A stretch of 63,905 bases of DNA, counting the filler, from Malassezia furfur (lineage: Eukaryota), in NCBI GenBank assembly GCA_052055015.1. It is 7 parts of 7 records of this genome, joined end to end, with 100 filler letters (N's around TTAATTAATTAA, not from the genome) between each part and the next. Parts side by side here need not be neighbours in the genome. Positions count along the whole stretch, not along the records: positions 55,798 to 63,905 come from JBQJIT010000470.1; 6 more parts are not named here. One strand, written 5' to 3'. Under the pieces are notes generated by a model. It had not been told where the DNA came from. It did no database searches and saw only the letters and a list, made by a program, of their open reading frames with translations. Of this stretch, positions 55,798 to 63,905 are shown one piece after another (position 1 is the first letter of the stretch; every line of letters starts with the position of its first letter). The position numbers were made by a program, and so were the translations under genes.

Positions 55798-58006
55798 GCT
55801 TGTCGAGGTCGTGCCGCGGGAAGAGGTCGTCGAGCTGCTCGTACAGCTGCTCAGTCGGCGGACGGAATGCCCACAGCTGATCGCGGTTCGCAAACGAGCT
55901 CGTGCGCTCCACCGCCCGCCCACGCTCGGGCGCCGGCACGAGCGGTGCGGCGCGCTGTGCGGTGGTCGGCGAGATGCTCAGCGTCAGCACCGGGCGGCTC
56001 GTCTCGTCGCGCACCGTCGATGCGCCACTGCGGTCCGCGCGCAGCGTGTCGCTGTCGCGCAGCGTCGACGCGTCGAGTGACTGTGCAAACGTGCCGCCGA
56101 GCGTGTCGTCCGAGAACGAGTCGAACGTCGGCATGGTCGCGTCCGGCTTGCGCTCCTCGGTGAGGCGCATGTGCTGCACGAGGCGCTGCACCGACGCCTG
56201 CCGCTCGTCCTCGCTGACGTCCGAGTGCGGCGTCGAGATGCTCGTCGCCGTCGTGCCCGACGAGCCCCGCTCGCGGCTCCACGAGAGCCGCTGCGCGGTC
56301 GCCTCGCCGTGCGCCGACGAGGGCGCACCCGAGTCGAGGTGCCGCACACTGCTCCCGGACGCGGACACGGGCGAGGGCACGATCGGCAGCGGACGCACAC
56401 TCCGCTCGGACTCGCGCCCGTCGGCGGCATCGAGCCGCTCGTCGCTTTTGAACAGGGGGTATACACTCGGACGCTCGTCCGACATGGCGCTCGCACTGCC
56501 CGAGTCGGCACGCGCCATGGGGGATGATGCCACGGGCGCTGCGCGGGACTCGGCAGAGCTCGGCGTCGTCAGTGCACGGAACGCAGACATACGCGCATCG
56601 AGCGACGAGTGCGAAGACGTGCGTGACTTGGGCGCAGGCGTCTGCATCACCTGCTCGTACCCTGGCGGCGGCGCCTCGGCCGTGGACGACGGCACGGGCG
56701 ACGGCGGCAGCGCCACAGCCGCGGGCGTCGGAATCGACGGCGCAGGCGGCTGCCGGTATGCGGGGTGCGCCGGCTGCAGCGACGCGGGCGCCTCGGGTGG
56801 TGCCGCGGGCTTGGGTGTGGCGTTCGGCGACGGGACGCCCAAGGCACTCTGCACCGTCATGCCGGGCTGCAGATTGGGGGCGGTCATCCGCTGGAGCTGC
56901 GCGACTTGGCGGTTGCTCGACGACGCATACGTGGGCGGCCCGCCTTGTGCGGCGCCCGCGCTCCACGCGGACGTGGCGTTGGGCGGTGCGCGGCGCAACG
57001 GCGACGGCGCCGGCCACTGCCCGAGGGCCATAGCCTCGTGCACGCTCGATGGCGCCGCGTACGTACCGCCCCACGGCACGCCCGCGTTCGACATGGGCAC
57101 CTGCCGCGGCGCCACGGACGTACGGGACGCACCGGCGCTCGGCGAGGCTGTCGCGCGCAGTCGCGGCGACTCGTACGCCCACAATGCGCCCGGCACCGGC
57201 GGCGCGGGCTGCGGCTGCGGCTGCGGCGTTGACGGCGGGGCGAGCGGCTGTACAAGAAACTTGATCGTGCCCTTGTCGTCGCCGAGCTGCAAACACAGCG
57301 CAAGGAGCGTGTCGTCGTCGATCAGCGGCGAGTTGCTCAGGTCCGAGGAGCCGATCTCTGTGCGTACGAGGCCCCACTGGTTCGCGTCCTGCGTGGCGAT
57401 CTGTAGCTTGTGCAGGATACACGCCTTAATGGCTGGCGCAGAGTTGAGTCCTGACACGTTCACCACCGAAAAGTGCTCGTTGTCGCGCGTCGCCTGGATG
57501 AGTACGCGGTCCGTCGCGCCGTGGTCACTGCTCGACGCCGAGCTCTGACTGTGCATGGACGATGACGAAAAGGGGCGCGTCGCACTCATTGGGCGCATCG
57601 ACGGGACCGTCGGCGACATGACGCGCTCGCCCTCAGAGCTCATCCGCACTGGCGTCGTGCGCGGCTGCAAGACGTGCGAGCGGCGACGTGGCGAGTGGAT
57701 CGCGGCAGCACTCCACGGCGCGCCCGCACTCGGCGGCGTCGGCGACGTCCATGCCGGATCGGCGTACCGATCGTGGACACCTGCCGGGCTCGAGCTGTTG
57801 CGCATGTGCCGCACAAACGGGGCGCGCGCATCGTCGATGTAGCCACGCGTGCTCTGCGCGGCGCTGGCGTCGGCTGCATGCATCGTCGGTGGCGACGAGG
57901 TATGCATGGCGCCGGGCGTCGGCGACATATGGTAGGCCATGGGGTATGGCAGGGCGGCATACTCCCCGCCCGCGGCGTACTCTGTACCCCGCGGCAAGTG
58001 ATTCAT
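55798..58006 (-). CDS. BCK1: MAP kinase kinase kinase Bck1/Mkh1, N-terminal regulatory region (kinase domain lost at contig end)
   Basis: WAFRPP.EQLYEQLDDLFP.HDLDK motif that precedes the Bck1-family kinase domain; QAT.DNEHF.VV.VSG...A..IK..IL.KL domain. Confidence 0.7.
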
Positions 58007-58182
58007 GCCTCCCACTCGCGGCTCGTGGCCAGACAAGGCCCCGGTCCAAGGAAGGAATTATTAGGCGTCGGGCATTTAAGCGCCGGCGCGACTTTGCGGC
58101 GGCCTCCCCACACTTGGGCACCGGCACCCCTTCCGCTCGCCCCGCGTTTGTTTTCTTCGGCTCGTACGCACACACGCCGCGC

Positions 58183-58683
58183 ATGGTCATGCAAGGGTCG
58201 ACTGGTGCAAGCAAACGTCTCCTACACGAGCTCGCCGCCGTGCACAAGGAGCGCGCACGCGGCCAGGCCGAGCTCGTCGCGGCGCTGGAGCCGGTCAACG
58301 AAGACGACCTCATGGAATGGCACGCAGAGCTCATTGCACCGCAAACGGGCACGTATGGCGGTGGCCGTTTTGCGCTCCGCATCCAGGTCCCGCCCACATA
58401 CCCGACCAAGCCGCCCACGATGCGCTTCACCACGCGCATCTTCCACCCTAACGTCGACTGGAAGACGGGCGAAATCTGTCTCGACGTCCTCCAGTCGCAG
58501 TGGTCGCCTGCGTGGACGTTGCAAAGTGCATGCACCGCCATCCTAGCCCTGATGGACGTCCCTGAGCCGGACAGCCCGCTGAACGTCGACGCAGCGAACC
58601 TCGCGCGCTGCGACGAGGTCGCTTACCGCGCACTGTGCCAGATGTACACCCAGCTCTACGCTACGCCCACCCCACCGTCTTGA
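58183..58683 (+). CDS. Ubiquitin-conjugating enzyme E2, probably Pex4-like
   Basis: YP.KPP..RF.T.IFHPNV.WKTGEICLDVL...WSPAWTL, PEPDSPLNVDAANL. Confidence 0.8.
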   Translation: MVMQGSTGASKRLLHELAAVHKERARGQAELVAALEPVNEDDLMEWHAELIAPQTGTYGGGRFALRIQVPPTYPTKPPTMRFTTRIFHPNVDWKTGEICLDVLQSQWSPAWTLQSACTAILALMDVPEPDSPLNVDAANLARCDEVAYRALCQMYTQLYATPTPPS

Positions 58684-58720
58684 TGAACTGAAGCTTGTAC
58701 ACTATAAAGACCACGATAGA

Positions 58721-59388
58721 TTAGCAGCACCCTCCCTTCTTCTGCTGGCCACCGTCGTCGGCGCTCGGCTGGACCGAAATGGTCTCACCGCCGGTCGGCT
58801 TGATGACATCGTCCGACGACTGCAGCTGCTTGTTCGAAACAATACGGTAGATTTCTGGATGAGCCCACACCACCACGTACCCGTCAAGATATTCTGGAAC
58901 GCCTGCTCGACGTTGGACGCATCCAGCGCCGACGTCTCGATGAACGACAGGTTGTTCTCGGCCGCGAACGCCTTGGCCTCCTCGGTGGGGACCGCACGCA
59001 GGTGCCGCAGATCGCTCTTGTTACCGACAAGCATCACCACAATGTTGCTGTCGGCATGGTCACGCAGCTCCTTGAGCCAGCGCGAGACGTTGACGTACGT
59101 CGAGTGTTTCGCGATATCGTACACAAGCAGCGCACCCACCGCGCCACGGTAGTACGCCGAGGTGATCGCACGGTAGCGCTCCTGGCCCGCCGTGTCCCAA
59201 ATCTGCGCCTTCACCGTTTTGCCGTCGACGTTGATGCTGCGCGTCGCAAACTCAACACCAATGGTGCTGCGACTCTCGAGGCTGAACTCGTTGCGCGTGA
59301 ACCGCGACAGCAGGTTCGATTTACCCGTGCCCGAATCACCAATGAGCACCACCTTGAACAGGTAGTCGTAGTTCGATTCGGCGGCCAT
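58721..59388 (-). CDS. ypt3: Rab11-family GTPase (Ypt3/Ypt31); intron 58855-58880
   Basis: [43 protein letters not shown]-terminal GGCC prenylation motif after splicing. Confidence 0.95.
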
Positions 59389-59498
59389 CGTTCCAGAAGC
59401 CCCACGCACACAATCGGACGTGGCTGGGAAACCCTTCACGCGTGTTGCCCCGCCGTGTTCGGGCACTTCGGCCGAATGACTAATCATCCCTGCTACGT

Positions 59499-62016
<2,518 letters not shown>

Positions 62017-62080
62017 CGCCGCGCACGTTAAACGACGAGCCGCGACGACGCGCCTATGCCACGTGCGCCCACGTGCTACG

Positions 62081-63086
62081 CTACACCCCGCGGCGTGCAC
62101 GCAAGCTACCGAGCTCCACCAGCTGTGTGAGGGGCGGCGCACGTACCTCGTGGAGCGTGTGCAGGTTGTTGGTCAGGTCGGCGAGGTAGTCAATCATATG
62201 TGCATAATCAGCATCCTGTGTAAGCGGATGCATCGGACGTGCGCGTACGTACGCGTTCCTGGAGTGCGTCAAAGCGCGGGGGTGCGCGGCTGCCCTGGTT
62301 CGCGACAGCGGCCGCGAGCCGGCGGAGCAGTGCATCGTCGTGCGGGTGTGTCCCGCGCTGAACACCCTCGACGTATGCGCAGGCGCTTTGGAGACGCTCA
62401 TGGAGCGCCTGCATGGCCCCGCGCTCGGCGGTGAGCGCGGCGAGGATCGCGTTGCTCTCTGCAGACGACTCGTCGCCCGTGTGCCGAGCGCGGCTGTTGG
62501 CATCGTTCAGTACGACGTGCTCTGCGGGTGCTGTACCGAGCGCGGCCGTCGTCGGCTCCAGCTTGCCGTTACTAGGCAGGTAGGCCGAGATCGGCAGGGT
62601 GCCTGTTTTCTGTGCATATGTGTAGGCCGCGGCGCTGGGGTGCAGCACAATCGCCAGCGGTTCCGGTGTGTAGGTTTCGAGCGCCCGGGAGATGGTCTCG
62701 GCCGCGGGGGGGAGCTGCTGCACCGTGTACCAGCCGAGGACGTCCCATGCGGGGAAGACCTGCTGGACTGCGTGTGAGTGCGGTGTGCGACGTACACTGC
62801 TCCTGTCTCCGCTGCAGAAACGCAGTATCGATGAGCGCTTCTTCTGACGAGGCCGCGGCGGGCACCTCAAATGCGCTGTGCACCTCGATGTGCGAGCCCG
62901 ACGAGGTGCCAAGGAGGATGCCAAAGGCTGGGTCAGCATGCGCGGCACCTACCATGCGGTTCCTGCGCAAGCTGCAAGCGCGTGAGGTGCTCGACCATGA
63001 TCATGAGCGGTAGCGCGTGTCTGTGTGAGGCGCAAGACGTACACCACGACGCGTGCGCCGTGCGCCGCCGGGTCCACCTCGTCCAT
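62081..63086 (-). CDS. CSN6: COP9 signalosome subunit 6 (MPN domain); introns 63021-63042, 62928-62952, 62768-62795, 62216-62252, 62123-62146
   Basis: VHALPLM...EHLTR, FGILLG....IEVHSAFE, FL.RR.EQFQQVFP.WDVLGWY after splicing. Confidence 0.75.
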
Positions 63087-63202
63087 CGTGGTGGCCGCAC
63101 TGCGTAATTCCCAATCTTCTCAAATATCCCTGCCTCCTTTTCTGTCGCCACTGGGCGGGGCACGCTCGAATTGCGCCGTGGCACGCCCGACGGACAGCGT
63201 GC

Positions 63203-63905
63203 ATGAGCGAGAGCGAAGAGCGCACGGCCGCCGCGGCGGACGTGCATGCGGAGCATGCGCCTGCGCCACAACCTGTACACGAGACTAAGGACACGGCACC
63301 GGCGGAGCAAAGCAGCCCTGCGGCGCCCAGTACCGTCGGCGCCGACCCGGCCGCGGGCGTGAACGCCAAGGAGCGCGGCGCGGACGCGAACGCACCGAAA
63401 CCCGCTGAGCCCGCTGCATCCGAACGCACGGCGCCGGCGGAGAGCGCAGCGCCGGACACGCACGAGCCCCGTGCAACGCCTGCGGCTTCCGACGCGTCGC
63501 AGCGTGCGGAATCGGCGACCTCTGCGACCGGCGCGCCGCAGAACGCGGAAGCGGCGCCGGCACGCGACACGCCGACCGATGCGCCCAGCACCGGCAACAC
63601 CGCGAGCGCCGACAACTCGCCGCGCCTTGCGTCCGCGCACCCCAAAAAATTCTCGTCGCTGAACATCAACCAGCGGTTCTTGCAGAACGCGAGTGCCGCT
63701 GCGGCCCAGGCGACGCAAAAGCCTGCGGCGCCCGCGCCCGCGCCGGCCGTGACCAGCCGGCTGACGACGATGCGCCCCGCGGTGCGCCCCGCGCCCCGCT
63801 CCGAGTCGCCGATGGCGTCGTGGGCGAACCGGAGCGGCGCGTCGACAGCGGCCAGCAGCGCCACACCGACCGCGCCGGCGGCCGATGCCAAGGGCACGAC
63901 CACGG
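63203..63905 (+). CDS. Low-complexity protein, 3' runs off window; possible PRRC2/BAT2-like N-terminal motif
   Basis: Open frame from ATG 63203; Ala/Pro/Thr-rich with the island PKKFSSLNINQRFLQ. Confidence 0.5.
   Translation, partial: MSESEERTAAAADVHAEHAPAPQPVHETKDTAPAEQSSPAAPSTVGADPAAGVNAKERGADANAPKPAEPAASERTAPAESAAPDTHEPRATPAASDASQRAESATSATGAPQNAEAAPARDTPTDAPSTGNTASADNSPRLASAHPKKFSSLNINQRFLQNASAAAAQATQKPAAPAPAPAVTSRLTTMRPAVRPAPRSESPMASWANRSGASTAASSATPTAPAADAKGTTT

Overview
This is a high-GC, extremely gene-dense fungal (basidiomycete, Malassezia-like) nuclear sequence. It is not one locus. Seven unrelated contigs of about 9.2 kb are joined by identical 100-nt N44-TTAATTAATTAA-N44 spacers, in descending length order. 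The window holds about 45 housekeeping protein genes, including Rictor, PDI-like, MAM33, lipase, REX2, palB, ECM31, PWP1/RPF2, RNR1, ILS1, CPA1, COY1, PKA-R, ATP7, RPS25, CLU1, VPS36, COQ3, GAA1, BCK1, Rab11, MCM3 and CSN6. It also holds two intron-containing tRNA genes and a roughly 300-nt structured Pol III RNA that looks like a non-canonical SRP RNA. Highlights: (1) about 32 ultra-short spliceosomal introns of 21-29 nt, inferred from restoration of reading frame or conserved motifs. (2) A locus where tandem 3' splice sites or intron retention appear to switch between a hydrolase-fold protein and its fusion to a GGQ ribosome-rescue domain. (3) A divergent arginine-attenuator uORF before CPA1. 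(4) A 111-nt ATP7 intron with a hairpin between branch point and acceptor. (5) Overlapping genes and genes spaced only 20-60 nt apart, with recurrent CACGTG boxes in the spacers. All gene names come from motif recognition; no database search was run.
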